From an uncultured archaeon (GTDB taxonomy: Archaea; Thermoplasmatota; Thermoplasmata; Thermoplasmatales; Thermoplasmataceae), in NCBI GenBank assembly GCA_000965745.1, contig CP009479.1, positions 1,184,001 through 1,248,000 of the forward strand: DNA of 64,000 nt, read 5' to 3'. The position numbers and the translations under genes are program-made. Positions 9,049 to 19,336 of the stretch are shown piece by piece. Position 1 is the stretch's first letter. Each line of letters opens with the position of its first letter. The notes under the pieces were generated by a model. The model saw only the letters and a list, made by a program, of their open reading frames with translations. It was not told the DNA's origin and ran no database searches.

Positions 9049-10029
9049 ATGAAGAGCTTCTTTGAATGGGAGATGGGCCTCCATGGAAAGGTAGAGGAAG
9101 TTAATGAGACACTTCTAAGGAATATCTATACTGCTCAGGATGAACTGTACAGAATGTCAAAGTATGTCATTGAAGCTGGCGGAAAGAGATTCAGGCCCCT
9201 TCTTACGATTCTGGCATATGAAATAAGCACTTCTGAGCCATATTCAAATATTCTTGACCTTGCAGCAGGTTACGAACTCATACACACCGCAAGCCTGATT
9301 CACGACGACATAATAGATAACGCTACGGTAAGGAGGGGACTTCCTACGCTCAATCATGTGGACGGGGAATCCAACGCAATCGTTGTAGGGGACTACCTTT
9401 TTGCAAAGGCCTATGAACTTGGCTCCAGGTATGGCCCGACAGTATCTAAGATAATGGCGGACGCATCCAGCAACCTCGCCGAAGGGCAGATTCTTGAGGC
9501 AACGAATCTTGGCAACCTGGATCTCCAGGAAGACATATACCTTGAGATAATAAGCAACAAGACCGCAAAATTCTTCGGTGCCTGCGCTGAAGGTGCGACT
9601 ACTGCTGCCAAGGCACCCTATGAGGTCAGGATCAATCTGACGAACTTTGCGTACAACCTGGGCATGGCATTCCAGGTTACTGACGATATAATGGACATTG
9701 TTGGAGACCAGGAGAAGATGGGAAAGCCTGTTCTGGCTGATATAGGGCATGAGGCAATAACGCTCCCGGCAATTTATGCACTGAAGCATGGGAACAGGGA
9801 TGCGAAGGAGACTTTGAGAGCTGCACTGACAGGGGACAATACAATCTCCGGTGATAAGATCAAGACTGTCTTTATGGAAACAGGATCCATAGATTACTCG
9901 TTCCGCAAGGCCAAATCATTCACAGAAAAGGCTCTTGAGTCGCTAGGCAAGACCAAGAAGTCCGCCGACCTCGATCTTCTGATGGAACTCGCACTCATAG
10001 TAATTGACAGGATTGAAGAATTCGGATAA
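9049..10029 (+). CDS. Trans-polyprenyl diphosphate synthase (medium/long chain)
   Basis: GGKRFRP, FARM ASLIHDDIID..RRG, SARM FQVTDDIMD; Ala at -5 of FARM suggests a product longer than GGPP. Confidence 0.9.
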   Translation: MKSFFEWEMGLHGKVEEVNETLLRNIYTAQDELYRMSKYVIEAGGKRFRPLLTILAYEISTSEPYSNILDLAAGYELIHTASLIHDDIIDNATVRRGLPTLNHVDGESNAIVVGDYLFAKAYELGSRYGPTVSKIMADASSNLAEGQILEATNLGNLDLQEDIYLEIISNKTAKFFGACAEGATTAAKAPYEVRINLTNFAYNLGMAFQVTDDIMDIVGDQEKMGKPVLADIGHEAITLPAIYALKHGNRDAKETLRAALTGDNTISGDKIKTVFMETGSIDYSFRKAKSFTEKALESLGKTKKSADLDLLMELALIVIDRIEEFG

Positions 10030-10030
10030 G

Positions 10031-11194
10031 ATGACAACTAGAATAATGCTTTTTACCGGCAAAGGTGGAGTGGGCAAAACGAGTGTCGCAGCAGCAACTG
10101 CTGCCATGATGGCAAGCAGGGGCCTGAAGACCCTGATTATGTCAACGGACCCTGCCCACAGCCTAGCAGATGCTGTCGGAGCCAGAATAGGGCCTGTTAC
10201 AAAGAAGATTGGCGAGAATTTCTATGCACAGGAAGTGAGCGTTCTCGAAGCCATAAGCAGCCACTGGGATGAACTCAAGGGATACCTCACTGGCCTCTTT
10301 CAATCCCAGGGACTAGACCCTGTTTCTGCCGAGGAAATAGCAACGCTTCCCGGGTTCGATGAAGCTTCTCACCTCCTCTATCTCAACGAATATGTCGAAG
10401 CAGGCGAATATGATGTTATTGTTCTTGACAGCGCCCCTACTGGCGAAGCTCTGAAGCTTCTGTCATTCCCCGAGGCGATGTCCTGGTACATGGAGAAGTT
10501 CTTCCCAATAAGCAGGAAAACTGCCAAGATAATCAGGCCAATGGCCAAGCCGTTTTTCAACCTCCCTCTTCCCGACGATTCTGTATTCAGGAGCATGGAG
10601 ACCCTTTACAACAACCTGAGCAAAGTGAGGGGGCTGCTCTTGGATCCTGAAATGACTTCAATCAGGCTCATTTGCAATCCCGACAGGATGTCTGTCAATG
10701 AAACGAAGAGGGCTTACACCTACCTCATGCTTTATGAGTATCCGGTTGACGGTGTTATAGTAAACAAAATATACAGGGAAAATACAGGGCCGTTCTTTGA
10801 GAAATGGAGAAAGTCCCAGGATGAGATAATAAAGGAGATTGAGGACTCATTCGGCGATGTCAAGATATTCAAGTCCTATCTTACGGAGGAGGAGCCTACA
10901 GGCCTGGAAAGGCTGATCGACTTCGGCAGGAGAATTTACGGTGACGACGATCCTTACGACATATTCTACTCGGGAAGGCCAGTCGAGTATATCAGGGAAA
11001 ACGGTGAAAGTATTGTCAAGATAAAGCTCCCATTCGCGGACAAGGAGAACCTGAACCTCTTTAACAAAGGGGGAGAGCTTGTTATAGAAATGGACAACTG
11101 GAGAAGGGTATTTTATCTGCCACAGACTTTTTCAGATAAGAGTCCTGAGTCCGCAGAATTTATTAACCAACATTTACTCATAAAGATGTCATGA
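10031..11194 (+). CDS. ArsA/Get3 family ATPase with C-terminal HSP20/alpha-crystallin-like domain
   Basis: GKGGVGKTS, STDPAHSL, DSAPTG; C-terminal KLPFADKENLNL..GGELVIEMDNWRRVFYLP. Confidence 0.9.
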   Translation: MTTRIMLFTGKGGVGKTSVAAATAAMMASRGLKTLIMSTDPAHSLADAVGARIGPVTKKIGENFYAQEVSVLEAISSHWDELKGYLTGLFQSQGLDPVSAEEIATLPGFDEASHLLYLNEYVEAGEYDVIVLDSAPTGEALKLLSFPEAMSWYMEKFFPISRKTAKIIRPMAKPFFNLPLPDDSVFRSMETLYNNLSKVRGLLLDPEMTSIRLICNPDRMSVNETKRAYTYLMLYEYPVDGVIVNKIYRENTGPFFEKWRKSQDEIIKEIEDSFGDVKIFKSYLTEEEPTGLERLIDFGRRIYGDDDPYDIFYSGRPVEYIRENGESIVKIKLPFADKENLNLFNKGGELVIEMDNWRRVFYLPQTFSDKSPESAEFINQHLLIKMS

Positions 11195-11415
11195 GCACGT
11201 CGGATCAGAAGCAGGGGAGCAACGAAAAACAGAATTCCCAAAACAGCACGGTCATTGAGATAAAGATTTCAATACCCCCATTTCTAGGTGGGAACGTAGG
11301 ATCACTTTTCGACCATCTAGGCCAGGCAGCCAAGGAACTGGCAAAGGCAGGAAGGTCGTTCATCTCTGCAGAAAACCAGCAACCCGTGAAAATGCGCAAG
11401 ATTGAAATAAAATAA
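11191..11415 (+). CDS. Small hypothetical protein coupled to ArsA (amphipathic helix, C-terminal KIEIK)
   Basis: ATGA overlap with the ArsA stop. Confidence 0.7.
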   Translation: MSTSDQKQGSNEKQNSQNSTVIEIKISIPPFLGGNVGSLFDHLGQAAKELAKAGRSFISAENQQPVKMRKIEIK

Positions 11416-11496
11416 TTATCACTATACATTTAGTCGTTAATATTTTAACATTATCCCGATTACCCATGCGGTAGTTTTCATCTGAATGGTGATGTT

Positions 11497-13041
11497 ATGG
11501 ATATTGACAAATTTAGGGAAGAAACATTGAAGAGACTTGGCCTGGGTGAGGTCAACTCCGGTATTTATGATGGCAAGTGGGCTCCAGTAGAGGGAAGGGA
11601 GACTGTTACTTCATACAGCCCAATTGATGGAAAACCGATAGCAAAAGTCACCCTGGCAAGAAAGGATGACTACGATGAAACCGTCAAGAAATCCAAATCA
11701 GTTTTTGAGGAGTTCAGGCTGATTCCCGCACCAAAGCGTGGGCAGATAATAGCCGAAATAGGACGTGCCCTCAGGGAACATAAGGAAGACCTGGGAAGGA
11801 TGGTGACCCTCGAGGTCGGGAAGACAAAGAGTGAAGGCGAGGGCGAAATTCAGGAGATGATTGACATTGCCGATTTTGCAGTGGGGCTCTCAAGGCAACT
11901 TTACGGGCTGACAATTGCAAGTGAACGCCCTTACCACAGGCTGTATGAACAATGGATTCCACTGGGGCCGGTTGCAGTCATATCCGCATTCAACTTCCCC
12001 TCTGCAGTATGGTCATGGAATGCATTCATAGCTGGAGCAGCAGGGGATACAGTTGTGTGGAAACCTTCCACTAAAGCACCACTTACAGCTGTTGCGGTAA
12101 TGAAAGTCATATCCGGCGTTTTTGAGAAACACGGATTCCCGCCTGTCTACAGCCTGATAGTCAGCAAAGGGTCCGAAGGGGGAAACTGGATCACCGATGA
12201 TCCTGAACTCAGGCTTGTGTCATTTACCGGTTCAACAAGGGTTGGAAAGAGAATCTCTGAGCAAGTTTCCAGGAGGCTGGGAAGGAGTATCCTCGAGCTT
12301 GGAGGCAACAATGCAGCGATTGTCACAGCAAAGAGCGATGAAAACATAGCTCTTAAGGGAGTCGTATTCGGCGCCCTTGCAACTGCGGGGCAGAGATGTA
12401 CAAGCACCAGAAGGGCAATTGTTGAATCCTCAATTTATGATAACTTCCTTGGGAAGCTGAAGAACGCGTATTCGAAGATCAAGGTTGGAAATCCCTCTGA
12501 GAAAGGGACGCTTGTTGGCCCCCTTATTGATGCCGAAGCCATAGAAGATTTCAAGAATACGGTTGAGACAGCCAAGAGACAGGGTGGAAAAGTGATATAC
12601 GGAGGAAAAGTAGTGGAGAATCCGACTGTTCCTGGCGGGTTCTACGTCGAACCAACACTGATAGAGGCACACAGCGGAATGGACATAGTCAAAGAAGAAA
12701 CATTTGCCCCCATACTGTATGTACTTAAGTACACAGGTATCGAAGAAGCACTCAGGCTGCACAACTCAGTCCCGCAGGGTCTTTCATCAGCACTGTTCAC
12801 CAATGACATGAGGGAAGAGGAAGCCTTCCTGTCGGCCTACGGATCGGACTGCGGGATTGCAAATGTAAACACGAGCACTGCCGGTGCAGAAATCGGCGGG
12901 GCATTCGGCGGCGAGAAGGAGACCGGGGGAGGCAGAGAGAGCGGCAGTGACGCCTGGAAGGGGTATATGAGGAGGCAGACGGTCACAAAGAACTGGGGAG
13001 ACGACATACCTCTGGCGCAGGACGTTGTTTTTGACTTCTAG
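11497..13041 (+). CDS. Aldehyde dehydrogenase, ALDH7/alpha-aminoadipic semialdehyde dehydrogenase-like
   Basis: SAFNFP, SFTGST, LELGGNNA, AGQRCT, EETFAP, GAEIGGAFGGEKETGGGRESGSDAWK. Confidence 0.93.
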   Translation: MDIDKFREETLKRLGLGEVNSGIYDGKWAPVEGRETVTSYSPIDGKPIAKVTLARKDDYDETVKKSKSVFEEFRLIPAPKRGQIIAEIGRALREHKEDLGRMVTLEVGKTKSEGEGEIQEMIDIADFAVGLSRQLYGLTIASERPYHRLYEQWIPLGPVAVISAFNFPSAVWSWNAFIAGAAGDTVVWKPSTKAPLTAVAVMKVISGVFEKHGFPPVYSLIVSKGSEGGNWITDDPELRLVSFTGSTRVGKRISEQVSRRLGRSILELGGNNAAIVTAKSDENIALKGVVFGALATAGQRCTSTRRAIVESSIYDNFLGKLKNAYSKIKVGNPSEKGTLVGPLIDAEAIEDFKNTVETAKRQGGKVIYGGKVVENPTVPGGFYVEPTLIEAHSGMDIVKEETFAPILYVLKYTGIEEALRLHNSVPQGLSSALFTNDMREEEAFLSAYGSDCGIANVNTSTAGAEIGGAFGGEKETGGGRESGSDAWKGYMRRQTVTKNWGDDIPLAQDVVFDF

Positions 13042-13109
13042 GCTTCATATTACCAAGAGTAATATTTTTATCACTAAATTTTTTTAATCTGTTCCCATAC
13101 AAAATCCCA

Positions 13110-13937
13110 GTGAGCGAGATCAGAACCATTGAAGATATAAAATTCGTAAAATCAGTAGAACTTGTACCCAGGAAGGAGGGAGGGGTCGAAGACATCCTGG
13201 AGGCCGTGGATATCCTGGGCTCCTCAGCCAATTTCCTCACTTCCCCGGAGAACCCCATGGGAAAGCCCGGCATCGATCCTGTAATGTCGCTATATCTCGC
13301 ATCCAGGAACAGTAATTTTATCGTGATGCCACATATTACTCCTAGGGATAAAAACTCATTATTCGTTTACTCCCAGGTGCTTACTGCACTGAAATTCGGC
13401 ATAAACCACTTTTTCATTATAGGCGGAGATCCGATAGACCAGACTATAGGCGCAAAGGAAGTGCGGGAGATGGATGTAATGGGAATGATATCCGCTATTT
13501 CCGGAGAAGACGGGTACGTCAAGAGGCAGAATGGATATGGCAATTCGATCAGGCTTGGCGCTGCGCTTAACCCTTACAGGGAACAGGAACCTGAGATAGC
13601 TGGAAAGAAGCTGGAAGCAGGGTCCAACTTCTTCATTTCACAGATTCTATACGAGAGTCAATGGTTGAAGAAAGACTGGGTCAAGGAAAGGAAATTTAAA
13701 GTGGTAGCAGGCTTTTTCCCGTTGCGCAAGAAATCACAGCTGAAGTTCGTGAAAAAAATGCATGTCCCGGTTTCTGAAGAAGTTGAGAACAGGATAGAAA
13801 ATTCTGACAACGTCGCGGAAACCTCAAGAAAATTAATATTGGATACAATTGACGACCTCAAGGGCTACATCGACGGAGTCCACATCATGCCCATAGGCCA
13901 CAATGAGATAGCCAGGGACATACTGGAGAGTGTATAG
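13110..13937 (+). CDS. metF: Methylenetetrahydrofolate reductase
   Basis: ELVP, PHITPRD.N, GGDP, AALNP, K.EAG.NFFISQ; adjacent to metE halves. Confidence 0.8.
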   Translation: MSEIRTIEDIKFVKSVELVPRKEGGVEDILEAVDILGSSANFLTSPENPMGKPGIDPVMSLYLASRNSNFIVMPHITPRDKNSLFVYSQVLTALKFGINHFFIIGGDPIDQTIGAKEVREMDVMGMISAISGEDGYVKRQNGYGNSIRLGAALNPYREQEPEIAGKKLEAGSNFFISQILYESQWLKKDWVKERKFKVVAGFFPLRKKSQLKFVKKMHVPVSEEVENRIENSDNVAETSRKLILDTIDDLKGYIDGVHIMPIGHNEIARDILESV

Positions 13938-14852
13938 ATGGCAAAAGTTGAAACACATGTTTACGGCATATACCCAAAAACAGAGAATCTGAGAAAAAAT
14001 ATTAACAGATGGGAACGCGGAAAGATTGAGACAGGAGAAATATATGAGGCATTGCGACAGGAGAAAGAACAGTATTTTACTCTCCTCGACGAGAATAAAA
14101 TCGCCACTTTCACCGATCCGCTTTTCAACTGGTATGATGTTCTCAGGCCCATAGTCCTTCTGTCAGGGGGGTCTCTCGGTCCACTTACAAGATATAAGGA
14201 GAACAACACTTTCTACAGGCTTCCTGAGTTTGAGGAGGTGAAAGGCCTTACAATGGACCCGACAAAGAATGCTGAGGTTGAATCAAACCCCCCGTTTCCC
14301 CTTTACCAGAACGCTGGGTCAAACGGCTTCAGTGCATTTTTACCCTCACCGGTGACCATATACAGGATGTCGCAGGTATCCGAGAAAATCGGAAAAAGTG
14401 ACTTCATAAACAAAATCACGGACAACTATCTTGAAATCTGCAGGAAGTTCGGAGTAAAGAGAACCACCATTTTTGAGTCATTTGAATACGGCAACGAGGA
14501 CATATCTTTCTTGGACAGGCTTTCCAAGGAACTTGATGTTTACCTGATCACAGAGGGAAAGCTGAACGAGGCGACCTTCAAGAACCTTGGTGAAAAGCTA
14601 TACTCGGTCGTGGTCTCAAAGGAGGGCGATATCTCCCTGGCAGCCAAGTATTCAAAGGTTCCGGGCGTGAAACTGCTTGATGCCCACAACACCAAGCTTG
14701 AAAGAGTGGATTCACTCAAAAAGAAGGTTGAAGAACTGTCCGGCGGAATCAATGCGGAAAGCATTGTCGTCACGAATTCAGACTATTATGATTTCCTTCC
14801 CCGCAGCATCGCAGACAGGAAGGTAGAAATTCTCTCTCAGGTAGGTGAGTAA
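13938..14852 (+). CDS. Split cobalamin-independent methionine synthase, N-terminal (folate-binding)-like half
   Basis: GIYPK, TDPLFNWYD, TRYKENNTFYR.P, D.HNTKLE, DFLPRSIA.RK. Confidence 0.75.
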   Translation: MAKVETHVYGIYPKTENLRKNINRWERGKIETGEIYEALRQEKEQYFTLLDENKIATFTDPLFNWYDVLRPIVLLSGGSLGPLTRYKENNTFYRLPEFEEVKGLTMDPTKNAEVESNPPFPLYQNAGSNGFSAFLPSPVTIYRMSQVSEKIGKSDFINKITDNYLEICRKFGVKRTTIFESFEYGNEDISFLDRLSKELDVYLITEGKLNEATFKNLGEKLYSVVVSKEGDISLAAKYSKVPGVKLLDAHNTKLERVDSLKKKVEELSGGINAESIVVTNSDYYDFLPRSIADRKVEILSQVGE

Positions 14853-15894
14853 ATTGACGAACATCAAATTCATTACACAGGAAATAGGAAGTTACAGGAA
14901 GCCAGATTATCTCAGCAAGAAATTCCACACTCTAAAGGGAACGCCTGAGTTCAGGGAAAAAGCTGAGAAAGCAACTCTTGAGACACTTAAGCTATTTGAC
15001 GAAGCTGGTCTGCAGAACATCGGCGTTGGCGGAGAAATGTTCAGGTGGGAAATGTATGAACATCTCGCGGACAACATATCGGGGATCGAATTCTATGGAA
15101 AAGTGAGATCATTCGACAACAGGTACTACAACAAAGGTAGCATAGTCAAGGAAATAACCAGGAAGAACCCGGTACATCTGGACGAGCTGGAGTTTGTGCT
15201 CAACAACACGGAGAAAGCCATAAAGGTACCGATCACGGGACCTTATACGATGATGGACTGGTCATTCAACGAGCACTACAGGGACAGAAGGGAACTTGCA
15301 AACGCTTTTGCTGACATAATCAGAGAAGAGATAAGGGACCTGAAAAAGCTCTGGGATACAAGAAGGAGTGGACAGCTCCTGGAGATCCAGATAGATGAAC
15401 CTGCGGCGACAACTCACCCTGACGAGATGGATATTGTTGTTGAGTCAGTCAACAGGTCATTCGAGGGAATAACCGGAGCCGAATTCAGCGTTCATGTATG
15501 CTACAGCAAGGACTACCGGATGCTTTACAACGTAATGCCAGACCTGAAGGTCGATGGTCTTAACCTCGAGTATGCGAACAGGGATACCTTCAAGCTTGGG
15601 GTCGAGGATGAAGCAAGGCCAGGATATGACGATCTTGCTGATTTTGCGGACATCAATGATCAACTTTCAAGAAGGAAGTTCCTTGGCCTTGGCGTCACAG
15701 ATGTCCATCAGGACACCATTGAATCCGTCCAGCTCATAAAAGACAGGATAGGTTATGCGATGGCATTCATCGAGAACCCGACAAACATCAGGCTCAACCC
15801 TGACTGCGGGCTCAGGACAAGGTCAAGGGAAGTGGCATTCCAGAAATTGAAAAATATGGTGGAAGCGAGAGATCTGGTAATGGAAGAATACTAG
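14845..15894 (+). CDS. metE: Cobalamin-independent methionine synthase, catalytic (Zn) half
   Basis: EIGSYRKP, KVPITGPYT, IQIDEPA, HVCY, NLEYA, NPDCGLRT zinc ligands. Confidence 0.9.
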   Translation: MSKLTNIKFITQEIGSYRKPDYLSKKFHTLKGTPEFREKAEKATLETLKLFDEAGLQNIGVGGEMFRWEMYEHLADNISGIEFYGKVRSFDNRYYNKGSIVKEITRKNPVHLDELEFVLNNTEKAIKVPITGPYTMMDWSFNEHYRDRRELANAFADIIREEIRDLKKLWDTRRSGQLLEIQIDEPAATTHPDEMDIVVESVNRSFEGITGAEFSVHVCYSKDYRMLYNVMPDLKVDGLNLEYANRDTFKLGVEDEARPGYDDLADFADINDQLSRRKFLGLGVTDVHQDTIESVQLIKDRIGYAMAFIENPTNIRLNPDCGLRTRSREVAFQKLKNMVEARDLVMEEY

Positions 15895-18800
15895 AATTTT
15901 ATCTCCCTTTTTTTACGCATTCTTCCAAGATATCTTGTTGCCATTACAGCGTAAACAATGATTCCGATCACGATCGCAGCATTTGCCAGAAGCACGAATG
16001 GATTGGAATATCCCAGCGACACCACATGGCTGCCGTATATCTCCCCGTCTGTAAGGAACACCGAGACAGTGATGTAATAGTTCTTGCCGGGTATGATTCC
16101 GGTAATGAAAGCAAAGGTAGTGTTCTGGTTCCCCACAGTGACAGTACGGTACTGGGTCATTGCGTGGCTGGTCGAGATATAAATCTGATAAGCGCCGAAC
16201 TGTGGCCCTGTGTATTTGCTCCATGATACATACCCGAAGTAGAAAAGGAGGGGAAAGGCTCTTCCTATTTTCATGCTCGGGATGTTGGTGATGTTGGTCT
16301 GTTTGGGGTAGAGCTCCACACTGAGGCTTGAAGTCTGAGTACTCGTGATGTTCAGGTTGAGATATTTTGGCTTGTAAAGGGTCTGGTTAAATGAGATGTT
16401 ATAATTTCCCGGGTTCAGGAACATTATGAAGTATCCGCTGTTGTTCGTGTAAGTGTGCTGCGAATCCTTCGTGGCCACATTGACACCGACTATTGGAAAA
16501 CTGTATAGGCCGTCTGTAACGTTGCCGTTGATTACCGCCATGCTTGAAACATTCAGGGGAATAAGCGTCTCCTGCCTGGTGTAATTATTCCCCGGGATCA
16601 CGTCAATTTTGTAGCTTATTGGCTGGTATCCTGGAGAACTTATGGCAACATTGGTTGACTGGGGAGTTATTGAAAGGGTGTGCATTCCCATTATTCCTGT
16701 GGTGTTCTGCCCGTTGATCTCCACTGATGCGTTTCCCGGGAATGTGAAAACAGATACGTTGACGTTCCTCGGGATCAGTGTGGCAGAGTAGTCATGCCCG
16801 CCTGTAATATCGCGGGCGTATGGGTTGAAACCTTTTGAATTAATTGTTATATTGTTTGTGCCGGAGACAACAGGAACAGTGACTTTTCCCTGCGCATTAA
16901 AATGGTAGAACCGGTTCACATTTATCGTGTAATCGGGGGTGCTGTAGTAGCCAAGACCGCTTGATACGGTGATTGCTGAACTTGCCATCGAGGGTAGGTG
17001 TATGAACCTGGTTATCACAAGGCCTGTTCCATACTCCGCAGTTATGTTGTATATGCCACCCGAGGCAAAGGTGTAACTGTTTCCCGTAATGTACTGTCCG
17101 TCGACAAACCACTGTGGAGGGCTGGGCGAAGGGTTGTTGAGAAGTGAGAATGTTCCCACGGGTTTTGCCGAGTATGTCAGGTTATAGAGTACCTCCGTTA
17201 TAGAACCCACATATGTTCCCAGGACCTTGTCAGAAGGTTTGCTGTTGTACAGTACAGAGTAGTTGGAAGCTGATGAGCTTTCGATCTGAATCGTGCTGTA
17301 TTCATGATACCCCGTAGAAGAGTAGTGTGTTTCATAAACCTCCGCCGGTGTCAAATTCGTGTTGTTCTTGTGAATTGTAACTCCGGTGAAAGTCGCATAG
17401 GGAATTCTGGTCATATTGGTGCCTGAAGCTATCTGCTCAGCCCCGAATGACATCCTCGACCGGCCGGCATTTTCAAGAAACAGGTTCAGGTTTGTCTTAT
17501 GGCCATTCTCTGTGAAGTTGAGATACTGGCCGCTGGCACTAAGGTTGAGGTTGAAGCTGTGTGTCGATGATGTAAAGGAACCCAGCGGAGTGAATGACTT
17601 GAATACCTCCCCACCCTGGGATATCATGTACCCTTCAGATATTGTGGAGTTGTTGACCTCGATCCCGAACTTTGCAAAATTGCCGCTGTTGTAATAGGAG
17701 CTGAGGTAATAGAAACTCGTGCCGTTGTAGGTTTCATTTGACGGGTAACCGCCTATGCTGAGTGAAGCAGAGATTCCGGACGAATCATACCCGGTTCCGT
17801 TGATCAGTGCAATAGCACCGTATGGTGACAGTATTTTCTGCGTAGCGTTGATCAGGTCACCTACCTTCGGGGTTCCCAGTCCTGTTACCGGATCCCAGCC
17901 GGTGGTGGCATTGTAGTACCCGTTGTTTCCAGCGGTGATATCCTGAAAACTTGTCTTGTACATTGGCGTGTTGGAGATCTGGTATAGAAGTGGGTTTACG
18001 AAACCAAGTGATCTGTGCGACACCTGATCAATGAGGCTGATTACATCAGCCCACATCGGTGAGGATATGCTGGTCCCTCCGATCTTGTATGGTTTTGCCT
18101 CGGAAATGACAAGCATCCCTGTATTCTTGTTCGCGTTCATGGAGACATCAGGAGTGCCCCTGTAAGCAGAGCCGAAACCCGGGGCAACCTGCCACCATGG
18201 CCTGGAAAAGTAACTGCTGTACCCCCCTCCACTTCCGTACGTGCTTCCATCAAGTATTCCTCCCCATGCACTCTGTTCAAAATGGTTATTGACCGGATAG
18301 AGTGAAGTTCCACCTATGGCAAGCACATACGGGTCTGATGACGGGAAATTGACAGTAAGTGTCTTCTGCTGATCGTAAGCACCGTAGTCTCCAGTTGCAG
18401 CCAGCACTGAAATTCCACTGTCTGCAGCATACTTGTAAACCTGTGAGAACGTGTTAAGTCCCTGGGTACCAAGCTGGGATTCCGGGAGGCCCCAGCTCAA
18501 TGATATGATGTTTGCAAGGCGGTGGGAAATTACATAACTCACGGCATTGTCCAGCGTACTGACATTGGCGTTCTGGGCTATTACCAGAACTATCCTTGCA
18601 CCCGGTGCAAGTGCATGAGCCCATTCAACATCAGTTGCAGTCTCAATGGACCAGCTGTTGTTATACCCTGCCGGATGGTAATTGTTCGGGTAAACAACAG
18701 TGAGGTTGGTGGGCGGGAGGCCCGTGAGGTTGTCAAAGGCATTCACGTCGTATTTTATCAGGGGATCGCCGTAAGCATCAACTAGCGCTATGGTGGTCCC

Positions 18801-19289
18801 TTTGCCGGTGATATTGTGCTGCAGGGGATATGTGAAGTTGTAAGCCCTGCGTATATCGCTTGGGAGATACTCGTTCGCTGTCTGCTGCAGGGGGGATGCG
18901 TTTGAAACCTGGTATAGCGCCGGGAATGCTACTGCACTCCCGTTGTTCACATAATACTGTATGCCAAAGTCCTGTTTAAGAATATTAAGTTCTCCAGTGA
19001 TCTGGGAGCTGGCGGCGGCAGGCATGTTAAATGAAGAGAGAAGACCGTACGATTGGATTCCGATTCCCCTGTAGGAAAGGAAATCTGCGAGTATGTTTCC
19101 GGCCACTGCATTTCCGGGAGGTACAAAAACAGAAACCTCAGTGGTGTTTCCTGTGAAGTGATTTTGTGTCTCAAAATTAGTTACAGCAAATACTGGAACA
19201 TTAACTGACGGGTGGAGGACAGGTTGCAGCTGCAATACGACAAGAGCTAACAGAATCAGTGCAGCAAGCCCCCTTTTTTTACTGATCAC
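15891..19289 (-). CDS. Membrane-anchored S53 (sedolisin/kumamolisin) peptidase with C-terminal beta-sandwich domains
   Basis: ETATDVEWAH (E/D), ATGDYG, GGTSISSP (Ser), GWDPVTGLGTP; signal peptide; C-terminal TM plus basic tail. Confidence 0.9.
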   Translation of the reverse strand: MISKKRGLAALILLALVVLQLQPVLHPSVNVPVFAVTNFETQNHFTGNTTEVSVFVPPGNAVAGNILADFLSYRGIGIQSYGLLSSFNMPAAASSQITGELNILKQDFGIQYYVNNGSAVAFPALYQVSNASPLQQTANEYLPSDIRRAYNFTYPLQHNITGKGTTIALVDAYGDPLIKYDVNAFDNLTGLPPTNLTVVYPNNYHPAGYNNSWSIETATDVEWAHALAPGARIVLVIAQNANVSTLDNAVSYVISHRLANIISLSWGLPESQLGTQGLNTFSQVYKYAADSGISVLAATGDYGAYDQQKTLTVNFPSSDPYVLAIGGTSLYPVNNHFEQSAWGGILDGSTYGSGGGYSSYFSRPWWQVAPGFGSAYRGTPDVSMNANKNTGMLVISEAKPYKIGGTSISSPMWADVISLIDQVSHRSLGFVNPLLYQISNTPMYKTSFQDITAGNNGYYNATTGWDPVTGLGTPKVGDLINATQKILSPYGAIALINGTGYDSSGISASLSIGGYPSNETYNGTSFYYLSSYYNSGNFAKFGIEVNNSTISEGYMISQGGEVFKSFTPLGSFTSSTHSFNLNLSASGQYLNFTENGHKTNLNLFLENAGRSRMSFGAEQIASGTNMTRIPYATFTGVTIHKNNTNLTPAEVYETHYSSTGYHEYSTIQIESSSASNYSVLYNSKPSDKVLGTYVGSITEVLYNLTYSAKPVGTFSLLNNPSPSPPQWFVDGQYITGNSYTFASGGIYNITAEYGTGLVITRFIHLPSMASSAITVSSGLGYYSTPDYTINVNRFYHFNAQGKVTVPVVSGTNNITINSKGFNPYARDITGGHDYSATLIPRNVNVSVFTFPGNASVEINGQNTTGIMGMHTLSITPQSTNVAISSPGYQPISYKIDVIPGNNYTRQETLIPLNVSSMAVINGNVTDGLYSFPIVGVNVATKDSQHTYTNNSGYFIMFLNPGNYNISFNQTLYKPKYLNLNITSTQTSSLSVELYPKQTNITNIPSMKIGRAFPLLFYFGYVSWSKYTGPQFGAYQIYISTSHAMTQYRTVTVGNQNTTFAFITGIIPGKNYYITVSVFLTDGEIYGSHVVSLGYSNPFVLLANAAIVIGIIVYAVMATRYLGRMRKKREIKF

Positions 19290-19336
19290 GGCACCCCTAT
19301 CACAAACATAATTAAAATATTATTATATTTAGCTTC

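Noticed and set aside
10031-11194. ArsA as an arsenite pump ATPase linked to the left-end operon
   Set aside because: Single domain, lacks As-binding cysteines, has an HSP20-like tail, and is not linked to arsB/arsD
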